A stretch of 64,000 nucleotides of DNA from NCBI GenBank assembly GCA_030427445.1, contig JAUIBQ010000002.1, positions 101 through 64,100 of the forward strand, given 5' to 3'. How positions within the stretch are numbered: the stretch's first letter is position 1; every line of letters starts with the position of its first letter. Source of the stretch: a bacterium. Lineage in GTDB: Bacteria; Patescibacteriota; Saccharimonadia; Saccharimonadales; SZUA-47. The notes under the pieces were generated by a model. That model searched no databases. It worked only from the letters and a program-made list of their open reading frames with translations, and was not told where the DNA came from. The position numbers were made by a program, and so were the translations under genes. Below are positions 36,564-46,264 of this stretch, piece by piece.

Positions 36564-38207
36564 ATGGCAAAAAAGGTTTTCTATGACGAAGATGCACGAC
36601 GGAGAGTATTAGGCGGAGCATCGATTTTGTATAACGCGGTCAAGACAACCATGGGACCGAAAGGTCGCAATGTTGTTATCGGCAAAGGGTACGGCGGACC
36701 TAGCGTTACGCACGACGGTGTGACAGTAGCTAAGGGAGTCGATATTGCAGACGTCGACGACGAGACACTGGGATATAGCGTTGGAGCGGAGCTTATTAAA
36801 GAAGCTGCGAACAAGATGAATGATGTCGCCGGTGATGGAACAACTACCGTGACTGTGCTCACGTATCACATCCTAAATGAAGCAAACAAACTCATCGCTG
36901 CGGGCCATAACCCGATGGCATTGCGACGAGGACTTGATAAAGCAGCAGAGGAAGTATTGAGTCAATTAGACGGTATGAGCGAGGACATTTCTGGTAAAAA
37001 AGCGAAGATTGCCGAAGTGGCTACAATCTCAGCAGGCGACAAAGAAATCGGTGCGTTGATCGCTGACGTGATGGATAAAGTTGGTAAAGATGGAGTCGTT
37101 ACAGTTGAAGAAGGTCGTAGCCTTGAAGTTGAACAAGAAGTTGTTGAAGGGTTTACGTTCGACAAAGGCTTCGTTAGCCCGTATATGGTGAGCGACGCTG
37201 AGCGACTTGAAGCAGTAGTTAATAAACCTGCAATCGTCATCACTGATAAAAAAATCAGTTCTATCTCAGAGATTCAGCCAACACTTGAGCTCCTCGCAGC
37301 CTCTGGTAAAAAAGATCTTGTGCTGATCGCCGAAGACGTCGAAGGTGAAGCACTTACGATGCTTGTACTCAACAAACTCAAAGGCGTTTTTAACACTGTA
37401 GCGGTTAAGGCACCGAGCTTCGGTGACAGAAGGAAAGAAGTCTTGAGTGATATTGCAGCGCTCACTGGTGGAGCAGTTATCAGTGAAGAGCAGGGAGATA
37501 GCCTCGAGAATATAACGGTGGAGCACATTGGTAGCGCAAGGAAAGTAATTGTCTCAAAAGATGAAACTACTATCGTCGAAGGCGACGGCAGTGAAAGTGC
37601 TATTAAGAAACGGATTAGCGCGATGAATACTCAGATCGCCTCAACTACAAGCGCTTACGACAAAGGTGAGCTTGAGAAGCGACGAGCTGCTTTGCAAGGT
37701 AAAGTTGCTGTCATCAAAGTAGGTGGCGCATCAGAGACTGAAATTGAGGAAAAGAAATACCGGGTTGATGACGCGGTTGCAGCCGTAAAAGCAGCTCTCA
37801 GTGAAGGTGTCGTGCCAGGTGGTGGTGTGACACTCGTAAACCTCGCAAGCACAATCTCCACACTTGCGGAGGCAACTGAGGATGCGGGCGCGCAACTATT
37901 AGCACGAGCGCTCGAAAAACCTTTCAGGACACTGCTTGAAAACTCAGGACTTAACGCCGATGAATGGCTACCGAAAGTTAAATCAGCGAAAGCTGGGCAA
38001 GGGGTTGACGTCAATAACCCTGACAAGCTTGTTGACCTTAAGAAGGCTGGTGTTATCGACCCAGTATTGGTCACGAGACAAGCCGTCCAGTACGCGACAT
38101 CCATCGCTGGTACAAGCATGACGATGGGAGCACTTGTCGTCGATGTACCAGAGAAAGAAACCTCAGCCCCAGCCAGCCCAGGCATGGGTGGCATGGGTAT
38201 GATGTAA
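36564..38207 (+). CDS. groEL: Chaperonin GroEL
   Basis: [40 protein letters not shown]-terminal GMGGMGMM. Confidence 0.95.
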   Translation: MAKKVFYDEDARRRVLGGASILYNAVKTTMGPKGRNVVIGKGYGGPSVTHDGVTVAKGVDIADVDDETLGYSVGAELIKEAANKMNDVAGDGTTTVTVLTYHILNEANKLIAAGHNPMALRRGLDKAAEEVLSQLDGMSEDISGKKAKIAEVATISAGDKEIGALIADVMDKVGKDGVVTVEEGRSLEVEQEVVEGFTFDKGFVSPYMVSDAERLEAVVNKPAIVITDKKISSISEIQPTLELLAASGKKDLVLIAEDVEGEALTMLVLNKLKGVFNTVAVKAPSFGDRRKEVLSDIAALTGGAVISEEQGDSLENITVEHIGSARKVIVSKDETTIVEGDGSESAIKKRISAMNTQIASTTSAYDKGELEKRRAALQGKVAVIKVGGASETEIEEKKYRVDDAVAAVKAALSEGVVPGGGVTLVNLASTISTLAEATEDAGAQLLARALEKPFRTLLENSGLNADEWLPKVKSAKAGQGVDVNNPDKLVDLKKAGVIDPVLVTRQAVQYATSIAGTSMTMGALVVDVPEKETSAPASPGMGGMGMM

Positions 38208-38423
38208 AGCGCTTCGCTAACGAGACAAAACCCTGATGGTTTTTTCTCGTCGTGCAGGGTCGCAGAGTAAATCTGCAGACTCTGGCTGCTCTTTTTCCTT
38301 CCGGTATAAGTAGTAAGTGTGTTTATTTATAGATAAAACTCTTGATTTTTTGTCGTTTTTGTAGTATTATATAAGTATAATACAAATATTGTGTTGATAA
38401 CAGAGGTGGGCAGGAGAGAGACT

Positions 38424-38957
38424 ATGGCGTTATTCAAACGTAAAAATAACCCGACAATCTCAGAAATCGAGAGCTACTACGAACAACAAAACCGTCGTTC
38501 TACTTCTACAGGACGTGCGTGGGTGATGGCTATTTTAGCTATTATCTTAACCGTTGTTGTCTTAGCGCTACTTTTCTTCGGTGGACGATGGTTGTATAAC
38601 TCAATTGTCGACAACGACTCTGCAGAGACGACACAACAAGATGTAAACTCTGGAACCGTGAATATTGATGGGTTCGATGGAGAAAATTCTACACAGAGCA
38701 ACTCAGGCAACGAACTGAGTGAGGGTGCAGAAAACGAAGGTACCGTAAGTGACTCTGCTGCATCTACAAACGAATCAAATGTTGATCGTATCGCTGGCTC
38801 AAACACGAACGAGAACGATGACGAGGAAACTAGCTCATCTGTCGCAGGATCTGCAACAAATATTCCGAACACTGGGGCTGGCGAAACTGCACTTATCGTT
38901 TCACTCGCTGCCGGCGTGATTGCAACAATCGCTTCATACCGAAGAAAACTAAACTAA
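38424..38957 (+). CDS. Putative sortase substrate / surface protein (C-terminal IPNTG + hydrophobic segment + RRKLN)
   Basis: Start moved to ATG 38424 (RBS aggagag). C-terminus NIPNTGAGETALIVSLAAGVIATIASYRRKLN resembles an LPXTG-type sorting signal; N-terminal TM. Confidence 0.4.
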   Translation: MALFKRKNNPTISEIESYYEQQNRRSTSTGRAWVMAILAIILTVVVLALLFFGGRWLYNSIVDNDSAETTQQDVNSGTVNIDGFDGENSTQSNSGNELSEGAENEGTVSDSAASTNESNVDRIAGSNTNENDDEETSSSVAGSATNIPNTGAGETALIVSLAAGVIATIASYRRKLN

Positions 38958-39137
38958 TTAGACAGTTTTTAATTTTTTTACTAGAACAATAAAAAAATTA
39001 AGGGAGCTACGGTGAGTGCTTGTTTTTGGTGTTCTTCACGGGCATCGCAAGCGAACTGTATGCACATACAGAGAAGCGCGAAGCACAGTGAAAACATCGA
39101 AAATAGGCCTCAAGAAAACCGGAGCCGCTAGCTCTGG

Positions 39138-40013
39138 CTAGCTGGCAGGGTTTTCGTCCGTAGTTCCCTGAGAGAAGTAGTTGATTTCGTTTATGATATC
39201 CAACATCGCTTGAGCACGTAACTTATCATCTGCAATCAACTTCGCTGCCTCAAAAGCTTTATCAAGTAGTGTATGATTATCATTCGCTTGAATCATCATC
39301 ATAGTTGTCTTGAAAGTTTCCTCAGGTGAGTGCTCTAAGTGATCCACAAGCGGGTCCAGATGCTCAATTGCTTGTTGCTTCATAGCCTGAAGTTTGGCTG
39401 CGTCAATTGGAGCGCTGAGTGGCGCTTGTACTGACCCAGTACTAGCCTCCGTAACTTCAGATTCACTATCAGTGCTTGGCGGGGTTTGTGATTCTTGGTC
39501 TTGAAGCTCTTCAGATTCATTGCTCGATTCACTATGGTCATTTTGTCCAGTAACAACTTCCTGGCTTTTTGAGCTTTCATCAGTAATTTCTGTCGCCTGT
39601 TCTGGTGCGACTTGCTCAGTTGTGGGCTCGGTACTCTCAGGTGCAACAATCTCTTCGTCGGCTACTGTTTGATCAGTATCAGTTTGAGTTTGTGGATCAG
39701 GAAATGTAAATGAGCTAGGTGCTTCTGTCGTTGCTTGATCTTGAACTCCTTGCTGCTCTACCGATGGAGCAACGCCCTCCTGTGTGCTCGTTTCATCTAC
39801 AGGCTGACTTGCTGCTACTTGTGCATCTTGCTGCACGTCATCAGATGAAGCTGGGAATCCAGAGCGAGCTGTAGTGTCGTCTGACTGCTGAGACGCTGCA
39901 GGTATATTTTGCTGTGACGATGCACTACCAAGGTCAGTCGCTAGTTGTGACACGTTCTTTAGCATCACCTGGTCGTCTTGATTATCTTGTTTGTTGTTTG
40001 AAAGGCCAAACAT
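39138..40013 (-). CDS. Hypothetical acidic low-complexity protein (Q/T/E/S-rich) with C-terminal helical domain
   Basis: Composition only. Confidence 0.35.
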   Translation of the reverse strand: MFGLSNNKQDNQDDQVMLKNVSQLATDLGSASSQQNIPAASQQSDDTTARSGFPASSDDVQQDAQVAASQPVDETSTQEGVAPSVEQQGVQDQATTEAPSSFTFPDPQTQTDTDQTVADEEIVAPESTEPTTEQVAPEQATEITDESSKSQEVVTGQNDHSESSNESEELQDQESQTPPSTDSESEVTEASTGSVQAPLSAPIDAAKLQAMKQQAIEHLDPLVDHLEHSPEETFKTTMMMIQANDNHTLLDKAFEAAKLIADDKLRAQAMLDIINEINYFSQGTTDENPAS

Positions 40014-40119
40014 GCCACCCCCTGAATTTTATTGGACTTTTTTCGCTTATGCTCCATATTCTAGCGTGTTTTACACTAATATACTAGAGAAAATGATAGA
40101 GTAGAAGAAAGGGGATTTA

Positions 40120-41178
40120 TTGATGTCAAAAACATTATTAGATGATTTAGAATATATTCACACCAAAGATAGTTCAGATGCATTAGGTATAGCTCAACAC
40201 CAAACTGAACAACTCACACAGCCATTTGAGACAATCGCGTTATACGACACAAAGAAACCGTCAAAGATTGTATGGGCCGGAATGGGTGGTTCTGCGTTAG
40301 CTCCTTCACTCGTTCAATCCTGGCTATCTATCAACGTACCTTTTGAGATTACTAAAAATTACGAATTACCACACTACGTGTCTGAGGATACGTTGGTGAT
40401 TTGTACAAGCTATTCGGGAAACACCGAGGAAACGTTAAGCGCACTTGAAAATGCTAAGCAAAAAAATGCACAAATAATCATCATGTCTACGGGCGGTGCG
40501 TTGCAAAAAATAGCTGAGGAAGAAAATATTGTATTTATCGAAATCCAAAAAGTCGCACAACCTAGATTTTCTACTTTTAGCCAAATAGGAATTTTAGGAC
40601 TTATTTTGTCAAGATTAGGAGTAACTGATGTTGATGAAAAACTTGTACTAGATAGCCTACATGAAGTAAGTACCGGCCTTGAAGAAGTTATTAAAAATTG
40701 GGCCGCAGATGTACCGACCAGTGATAACCGAGCAAAGCAAATCGCGCTTGATATCGCTGGTACTTCTCCTGTTATCTATGGGGGCCCACTAATGTTTCCA
40801 GCAGCCTACAAATGGAAGATCAGTTTCAACGAAAATGCTAAAAACGTCTCGTGGTGCAATGTAATCCCTGAGTTTTCTCATAACGAGTTCTTAGGGTGGA
40901 CGTCACATCCTGTCGATAAGCCATACTCAGTGATCGATCTTCGTTCAACTTTTGAGCATCCACGAGTCCAAAAACGATTTGAAGTTACCGAGCGTCTGTT
41001 GTCAGGGAAGAGGCCTGCGCCTACTGTGATTGAGGCTCAAGGCGATTCTGTCCTTGAACATCTCCTTTACTGCGTAGCACTAGGTGATTTCGTCAGCATG
41101 TACACAGCGCTACTCAACGGCCTAGACCCAACGCCCGTTGACCTCATCGAGCGTATGAAAAAAGCACTTGATGAATAA
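40120..41178 (+). CDS. Bifunctional phosphoglucose/phosphomannose isomerase (SIS domain)
   Basis: VWAGMGGSALAPSLVQSWLS SIS motif; ~350 aa PGI/PMI family. TTG at 40120 or ATG at 40123. Confidence 0.65.
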   Translation: MMSKTLLDDLEYIHTKDSSDALGIAQHQTEQLTQPFETIALYDTKKPSKIVWAGMGGSALAPSLVQSWLSINVPFEITKNYELPHYVSEDTLVICTSYSGNTEETLSALENAKQKNAQIIIMSTGGALQKIAEEENIVFIEIQKVAQPRFSTFSQIGILGLILSRLGVTDVDEKLVLDSLHEVSTGLEEVIKNWAADVPTSDNRAKQIALDIAGTSPVIYGGPLMFPAAYKWKISFNENAKNVSWCNVIPEFSHNEFLGWTSHPVDKPYSVIDLRSTFEHPRVQKRFEVTERLLSGKRPAPTVIEAQGDSVLEHLLYCVALGDFVSMYTALLNGLDPTPVDLIERMKKALDE

Positions 41179-41218
41179 TTACTGAAAGCGCACTTGATTA
41201 GTTGCTTAATCCTAACTC

Positions 41219-41596
41219 TTACGTGCGTTTAGATAATCGGGCATATACACCTGATATTGTTAGAAGTACTGTATACACAGCTACGCTAACTACCGAAACA
41301 TTAGCTACTGCTAGCATGTAGCTTGTCCTCTCTGATGCTGTGACAAATGTGCCACTTTTTGCGTCTGATGTGTACTGATACGTAGTAGTTATAAATTCAA
41401 ACGGAGTACCGTTTGTCTCTTTTTGTACAAACACACAATCGCTAGGGTCAACAACGGCTCCGTCTTCTTGATAACAAACTTCTACTGGTGACTCGTCAAA
41501 ATAATAGACTCGCGTAATGAATATCGAGCTCCAATAAGTAAACAAGAAGCCAGCAACAAGTGACGCGAGCAATAGCCATTTGTTAATGTATTTCAT
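41219..41596 (-). CDS. Hypothetical membrane/secreted protein
   Basis: N- and C-terminal hydrophobic segments. Confidence 0.35.
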   Translation of the reverse strand: MKYINKWLLLASLVAGFLFTYWSSIFITRVYYFDESPVEVCYQEDGAVVDPSDCVFVQKETNGTPFEFITTTYQYTSDAKSGTFVTASERTSYMLAVANVSVVSVAVYTVLLTISGVYARLSKRT

Positions 41597-41636
41597 ATCT
41601 GTATTTATACTCCTTTTTCTAGAACTGTTCTACGAA

Positions 41637-41744
41637 ATTATTTTCATATTGAGCATTGGTCCAAAGAATAAACCCAACAGCAAGGGTAATAATGATGAGC
41701 AGAAGTACTGTTCTGTGCCATTCTTTGAGCTTAAAAGATTTCAT
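41637..41744 (-). CDS. 35-aa single-TM micro-protein translationally coupled to sortase
   Basis: ATG immediately follows the sortase stop (TAAATG); MKSFKLKEWHRTVLLLIIITLAVGFILWTNAQYEK. Confidence 0.3.
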
Positions 41745-42338
41745 TTATTGCACTCCTTCGATCAGTTTTGCTGTCACTACTAACCTGTCTCTTGCCGTCC
41801 AGAGTGGATGACAAGTATACAATGTCAGCGTTGGCTCAATGGTTTGGTTTTCGATTTCTGTAGCCGTTGCTGCGACAACTTTTACGGATTCAACTTCATA
41901 GATATATTCTTTCTCATCCCAATACACTCCGATGTGTTGTCTAGGCTCAACTTTATCTAAATTGTAGAACGTTGACGCTGAAGAAGCGTAATAACGATGA
42001 GCGACTATAACAGTATTTCCGCCTTTATCGGGTGTTGATGTCTGTGGACGTCGCCATGAAGCACCGGATGCAATAACGCCAATGTCCGAACCCTCTTTAA
42101 TTTCCTCGTTTAAAGACAGTTCTGGGATTACGATGCGGTTTTCCTTAGGTAGTGGCCTGGGATCAGAGTTATTATTTTCTTCTGCTAGCGCTCCCGCGTA
42201 GGGTGCTATAGCAGCAGGGGAGGTATCGCGTAACCAGTACAAAAACTGTGGGATAAACGGGCTCAGGGCAATATATAATCCCAGCAAAACAGCGACAACT
42301 GATAGTCCATGGTTTACATGACGTAAGCGTAGAGTCAT
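41745..42338 (-). CDS. Sortase (cysteine transpeptidase)
   Basis: N-terminal TM anchor; catalytic TLxTC motif LTLYTCHPLWTARDR. Confidence 0.75.
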   Translation of the reverse strand: MTLRLRHVNHGLSVVAVLLGLYIALSPFIPQFLYWLRDTSPAAIAPYAGALAEENNNSDPRPLPKENRIVIPELSLNEEIKEGSDIGVIASGASWRRPQTSTPDKGGNTVIVAHRYYASSASTFYNLDKVEPRQHIGVYWDEKEYIYEVESVKVVAATATEIENQTIEPTLTLYTCHPLWTARDRLVVTAKLIEGVQ

Positions 42339-42365
42339 ATACTCATGAGTATAGCTCTGTTTATT

Positions 42366-43580
42366 CTAGACGTCACGTCGAAGCGCCGTAATTGGGTCTT
42401 TTCTTGCTGCTTTCACGGCCGGAAGCAGACCAGACACAACCCCTGTCGCAACAGATATCGTACACGCAGCAACAGCAATCTCAACAGTTACAACAGGCTG
42501 AAGGTCAGTTGTTATACGGATCAGAGCATTCGCAGCGAAAGATACGATGATACCCAACAGGGCACCAAGTACACTTAGCACCATTGCCTCGACCAAAAAC
42601 TGACCGAGTATCTGAGTGTTAGTTGCGCCAATCGCTTTTCTAATTCCGATTTCTCGAGTACGCTCGCTAACCGTCGCAAACATGATATTCATAATTCCGA
42701 TGCCGCCAACGATAAATGAAATAAATGCGACGCCAGCTGTAAAGACAGTAAGTTGATAAAATACTTCATTCGTAGACTGTAAAGCTTCTTCTTCAGTAAG
42801 TACAGAGAAGTCTACTTGACCAGCGTGGTTTGCTTTAATTTTGTTAAAAACGTCACCAGCGACCTTGTTCACATCACTGCCTTCGTCTGCTTGTAAAAAC
42901 ACCTGCACAACTTGGATTGTACTGCCATTTGCTTGAGCAGCTTCATGAGGCAAGACAATACTATTGTTAACATTTACTGCTGAGAAAGTGCCTGACTCTT
43001 GTAGTTCAAACACACCATTCACACGGTATTCAACGCCACGAATAGTAAATGGTCGGCCAACTGGGTTGTTTTCTTCGAACAGCGATTCAGCGACATCGCG
43101 ACCTATCACAGCGTATTTTTGCTTACTATTATCATCGTTAAAAAAGGCGCCAAACTCAACGTTTTGCGAAAACATTTCAGGAAAATCAGCTGTAGTCGCA
43201 ATAATATTACCGCTGTACTCCTTATCCTCATATGTTGCAACTCCGCTAATAACCCCTACTGGAACGACCGACGATACGCCTTCAATCCTCCCAATGTCCT
43301 GCCAATCCTTGTTGCTAATGCTGCCACTACGACTAAGTGCTGTAAAAGCGTCTAAACTAATAAGTCTTTGATCGGTCTGTTTACCTGGTTTCACGACGAT
43401 AAGTTGTTCTTGGGACTCTCCACCGATTTGCGTAGAAATCTGCTGCCTCACACCTTCACCTAAACTTACAATAGTCACTACGGAGCTGACACCTACGATA
43501 ATCCCGAACATCGTCAGTAGACTTCGGAATCGTGCTCGTCTGACCGACGCGACGGCCATCTTGAAATACTCTAACGTCAT
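42366..43580 (-). CDS. ABC transporter permease, FtsX/MacB-like
   Basis: N-terminal TM, large extracytoplasmic domain, C-terminal 3-TM FtsX fold. Confidence 0.75.
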   Translation of the reverse strand: MTLEYFKMAVASVRRARFRSLLTMFGIIVGVSSVVTIVSLGEGVRQQISTQIGGESQEQLIVVKPGKQTDQRLISLDAFTALSRSGSISNKDWQDIGRIEGVSSVVPVGVISGVATYEDKEYSGNIIATTADFPEMFSQNVEFGAFFNDDNSKQKYAVIGRDVAESLFEENNPVGRPFTIRGVEYRVNGVFELQESGTFSAVNVNNSIVLPHEAAQANGSTIQVVQVFLQADEGSDVNKVAGDVFNKIKANHAGQVDFSVLTEEEALQSTNEVFYQLTVFTAGVAFISFIVGGIGIMNIMFATVSERTREIGIRKAIGATNTQILGQFLVEAMVLSVLGALLGIIVSFAANALIRITTDLQPVVTVEIAVAACTISVATGVVSGLLPAVKAARKDPITALRRDV

Positions 43581-44449
43581 TTCTTTTTCTTGCCTCGTTT
43601 TTTCTTTGATTTCTTCGGCTTAGATTTTTCTGCTGGGGTAGACCCTCCTAGGTGTTTTTCAGGCATCATTTCCATCATTGCACTGACATTTGCGAGCTTT
43701 TCATCATCATCTGACTTTCGAAGGGCTTCGACAGCGCGCTGCACACGTGCTGGGATTTCTCCAACAGCACTAGCCTCATCGTACACAACAGCTCCATCAA
43801 GCATATAGATAATTCTATCCGCATAACGGGTGAGGGAAGGGTTATGTGTCACCATTAAAACAGTATTTCCCATCTTATGTATCTCGCTTAAGAGCTCCAT
43901 CACAACACGTGCAGACACACTATCTAAGTTTCCTGTCGGTTCGTCTGCGATAATAATGCTCGGGCTATTTACAAGTGCACGAGCAATTGCTGCACGCTGC
44001 AACTGACCCCCTGAGAGCTGAGCAGGGTAGTACGAATCACGATCGCGCAGCCCTACTTGTTCTAGCATCTGAGCTGCTAGCTTAAGTCGCTTCGCTTGTC
44101 TAACACCTTTGTACGAAAGTGGGGCAGCGACATTTTCTAGCACTGTTAGGTTCGGGAGTAGGTTGAATGACTGAAAGATGAATCCGATATTTTCTCTACG
44201 TTGACGAGCTCGACGGTATTCAGAAAAACGAGCAACTTTTCGACCGTTAATCTTATAGTCTCCACTGGTTGGTCGATCTAAAAGCCCAATCATATTCATG
44301 AGCGTTGTCTTACCAGAACCGCTTGGTCCCATGACGGCTATAAATTCACCTTTCTTAATATTCAAGGTGACGTCGTCGAGTGCGACTGTTGTTGCATCGC
44401 CGAACCCATAGAGTTTGGATAATTCATTAATCTCTATGATAAAACTCAT
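43577..44449 (-). CDS. ABC transporter ATP-binding protein (MacB/LolD-like) with Lys-rich C-terminal tail
   Basis: Walker A GPSGSGKTT, signature LSGGQLQRAAIARAL, Walker B IIIADEPTGNLD; tail KSKPKKSKKKRGKKKK. Confidence 0.85.
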   Translation of the reverse strand: MSFIIEINELSKLYGFGDATTVALDDVTLNIKKGEFIAVMGPSGSGKTTLMNMIGLLDRPTSGDYKINGRKVARFSEYRRARQRRENIGFIFQSFNLLPNLTVLENVAAPLSYKGVRQAKRLKLAAQMLEQVGLRDRDSYYPAQLSGGQLQRAAIARALVNSPSIIIADEPTGNLDSVSARVVMELLSEIHKMGNTVLMVTHNPSLTRYADRIIYMLDGAVVYDEASAVGEIPARVQRAVEALRKSDDDEKLANVSAMMEMMPEKHLGGSTPAEKSKPKKSKKKRGKKKK

Positions 44450-44805
44450 GCTAACACCTCCTTTTCAGCCTCAAGCCAAAACTGACGGCATCGTTGTGGA
44501 AGTTTTATCTTTCTCCATATCCCGTAGATATGGTTCAAGATAATAACTGCCATCCGTTGCACGCCATTTTGTCTTTCGCTTGACGAAAAAGAGATGTAGT
44601 ATGAGTTTTTCGGCATTTTCATCTGTTATTGTACCCATTTTTACCATCATAATACAAGCACGAGCGTTACAACTATGAACAATTTTGCGAGAGGATTCGC
44701 AAAATTGAAAGGAAATGGCTTGATTAGCTTACTTAGTATGGCGAGAAACTTGTTTTGTCGCAATGCAAGTGAGACAATCTTTACACAATTGACGTGGAGA
44801 GGTGC

Positions 44806-44900
44806 AGGAGTGGTTGGAGAGTCAAGTTTTACTTGACCGCCTTAGCGAAGGTGGTACACACCACCACCGAGCGTCAGTGGCACGCCTGGAAAGTGAGGAC
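44806..44900 (+). other. tRNA-Ser-like degenerate segment inside a ~470-bp ORF-free, GC-rich, highly structured region (candidate ncRNA or pseudo-tRNA)
   Basis: ggagaggtgcaggagtgg.. resembles the tRNA-Ser 5' half; 15-nt exact match cacgcctggaaagtg to the anticodon arm of tRNA-Ser(GGA); many GC stems (ggtggtacacaccaccacc, ccggtg..caccgg). Confidence 0.3.
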
Positions 44901-45027
44901 TGCCGGTGGCAGTACGCAAGGCCGGAGCACCGGCGAACATTAGTTCCCGATGCGAGGTGTGCCGACGGCTGATTTGAGCTTTAGCTCAAGTAAGACCGTG
45001 GGTGTTGGCGTATAATCAGGTTGACGA

Positions 45028-45117
45028 GGAGAGGTGGCCGAGTGGCTTAAGGCGCACGCCTGGAAAGTGTGTTGAGCAGAAATGCTCTCCAGGGTTCAAA
45101 TCCCTGTCTCTCCGCCA
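45028..45117 (+). tRNA. tRNA-Ser (anticodon GGA)
   Basis: Acceptor ggagagg/tctctcc, anticodon arm cacgc-ctggaaa-gtgtg, long variable arm, T-arm caggg-ttcaaat-ccctg, CCA; TATAAT at 45011-45016. Confidence 0.8.
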
Positions 45118-45124
45118 GGAGAAG

Positions 45125-45160
45125 AGCGGTCAAGGTTTTATCCTTGGCCGTTTTTCTCTT
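45125..45160 (+). terminator. Rho-independent terminator after tRNA-Ser(GGA)
   Basis: ggtcaagg-ttttat-ccttggcc followed by gtttttctctt. Confidence 0.65.
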
Positions 45161-45267
45161 CGTGAAAAAGGATTTAAATCATAGGTTCGACAGTTGTCAT
45201 AATCTACCGATTTTACAATTGGTAGCGCATGGTGGAGCTAGAGTAGCTCTACCATACAGCGTCAATC

Positions 45268-45390
45268 CCATCCCTTCCGCCAAATAAATATAACCGAGCT
45301 TGCCTCGGTTTGTTTTTAATTGATTAACAAATTGTGTTCGAACCCAAGGGTTCGTCTCGCCGAAGTTTACTTCGGCCATCTCTTTCTCCG
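45268..45390 (-). repeat. Copy Y of the conserved tRNA-flanking element (inverted relative to copy X), preceded by a degenerate tRNA-Ser 3'-end relic (45268-45290 ...tcaatcccatcccttccgcca)
   Basis: Plus strand: ..ccgcca|aataaatataaccgagcttgcctcggtttgtttttaatt..tgtgttcgaacccaagggttcgtctcgccgaagtttacttcggccat; further tRNA 3' relic tctctttctccgcca at 45391-45405. Spurious ORF 45197..45415 shares the MAEVNFGExNPWVRT / KLGYIYLAE translation with ORF 22288..22554. Confidence 0.6.
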
Positions 45391-45395
45391 CCAAA

Positions 45396-46124
45396 TTAAC
45401 TATTCCCAGCCGCAAACACTACCGCAGATACAGAATTTGCGCCGGCTTTCTTCAGCTCACGACTGCATGCAGATAACGTTGCACCGGTCGTTGCTATGTC
45501 ATCAATAAGCAATATTTTCACGCCGTTTAAGCTTTTAACTCTTCTCATTTTCACACCATTTTCCATCTGAGCAAATCTTTCTTTTCTACTTTTACCAACT
45601 TGTCGAGTATTTGTGGTGCGCTCAAGGAGTGCCTCGGTCGGCAAACCAATCAACTTAGAAAGTTCTTGCGCGATGGTACGTGTATGATCAAACCCGCGCT
45701 CACGTATATGCGGTCTGATGGTTGGAACTGGAACGATAAGGTTAATATCCTGCAATAAATAGGAGTTTTGAGCTAGCAGTAGAGCGAGGGCTTGCGCAAT
45801 CGAAGTAGCAGCCTCTCGCGACCCGTCTTTTTTCATTTTTAACACAAGCTGCTTATGTATTCCGTCATAAGGGCCGGCACTCAAAAGTGTCCGCAAATGA
45901 ATAACTTTTCTACAAGACGAACATGTGCGGTATTCATCCGATACACGTTGGCAGCGGAAGCAACGTGATGGAGGAGGGGATACCACTAATTCAACGCACT
46001 CGTTACATAAACAGGAGCCGAGTCGACCACATCCGAAACAAGCGTTTGGTGCAAGCAAGGACACGACGCTGTCGAGAGACCTGGCTTGTGTTGTTTTAAT
46101 TATGTTGTAGATATCACGGCGCAT
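45396..46124 (-). CDS. comFC: ComF family protein (ComFC-like phosphoribosyltransferase, competence)
   Basis: N-terminal Cys4 zinc finger (CFGCGR..CNEC..), PRTase motif ILLIDDIATTGATL. Confidence 0.75.
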   Translation of the reverse strand: MRRDIYNIIKTTQARSLDSVVSLLAPNACFGCGRLGSCLCNECVELVVSPPPSRCFRCQRVSDEYRTCSSCRKVIHLRTLLSAGPYDGIHKQLVLKMKKDGSREAATSIAQALALLLAQNSYLLQDINLIVPVPTIRPHIRERGFDHTRTIAQELSKLIGLPTEALLERTTNTRQVGKSRKERFAQMENGVKMRRVKSLNGVKILLIDDIATTGATLSACSRELKKAGANSVSAVVFAAGNS

Positions 46125-46264
46125 ACTTGATGGATAGCCTTAATAAGTTTATACTACTTATAACACAAAAAGGTGTTATATCGTCGCTGAGGTACCAAAA
46201 CTATATTGTGCCTCGGTGACGATCAAAAACTACCTGAGTCCTATAAGGAGGGAACCCTAGCGAT

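Noticed and set aside
36581-38194. Antisense ORFs inside groEL (36581..36862, 36609..36869, 36962..37243, 37274..37528, 37655..38194) and similar antisense ORFs inside rpoD, dnaG, valS, gdh, argS and the T4SS genes
   Set aside because: They lie opposite strongly conserved genes, have low-complexity Ser/Thr/Ala-rich translations typical of antisense frames, and lack RBS.
44800-45000. RNase P RNA, SRP RNA, tmRNA or T-box identity for the GC-rich structured region
   Set aside because: Hallmark motifs (GGAAAGTCCGG; GGAAG...AGCAGCC; tag-peptide ORF + 3' tRNA-like end; T-box AGGGTGGNACCGCG) are absent or only partially matched, so it is left as an unassigned candidate RNA or pseudo-tRNA.
45200-45290. 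A complete plus-strand tRNA ending in ...TCCCTTCCGCCA at 45290
   Set aside because: No 5' acceptor strand complementary to the 3' end and no D or anticodon arm could be folded. It aligns instead as a decayed copy of the tRNA-Ser 3' end attached to the conserved flanking element.
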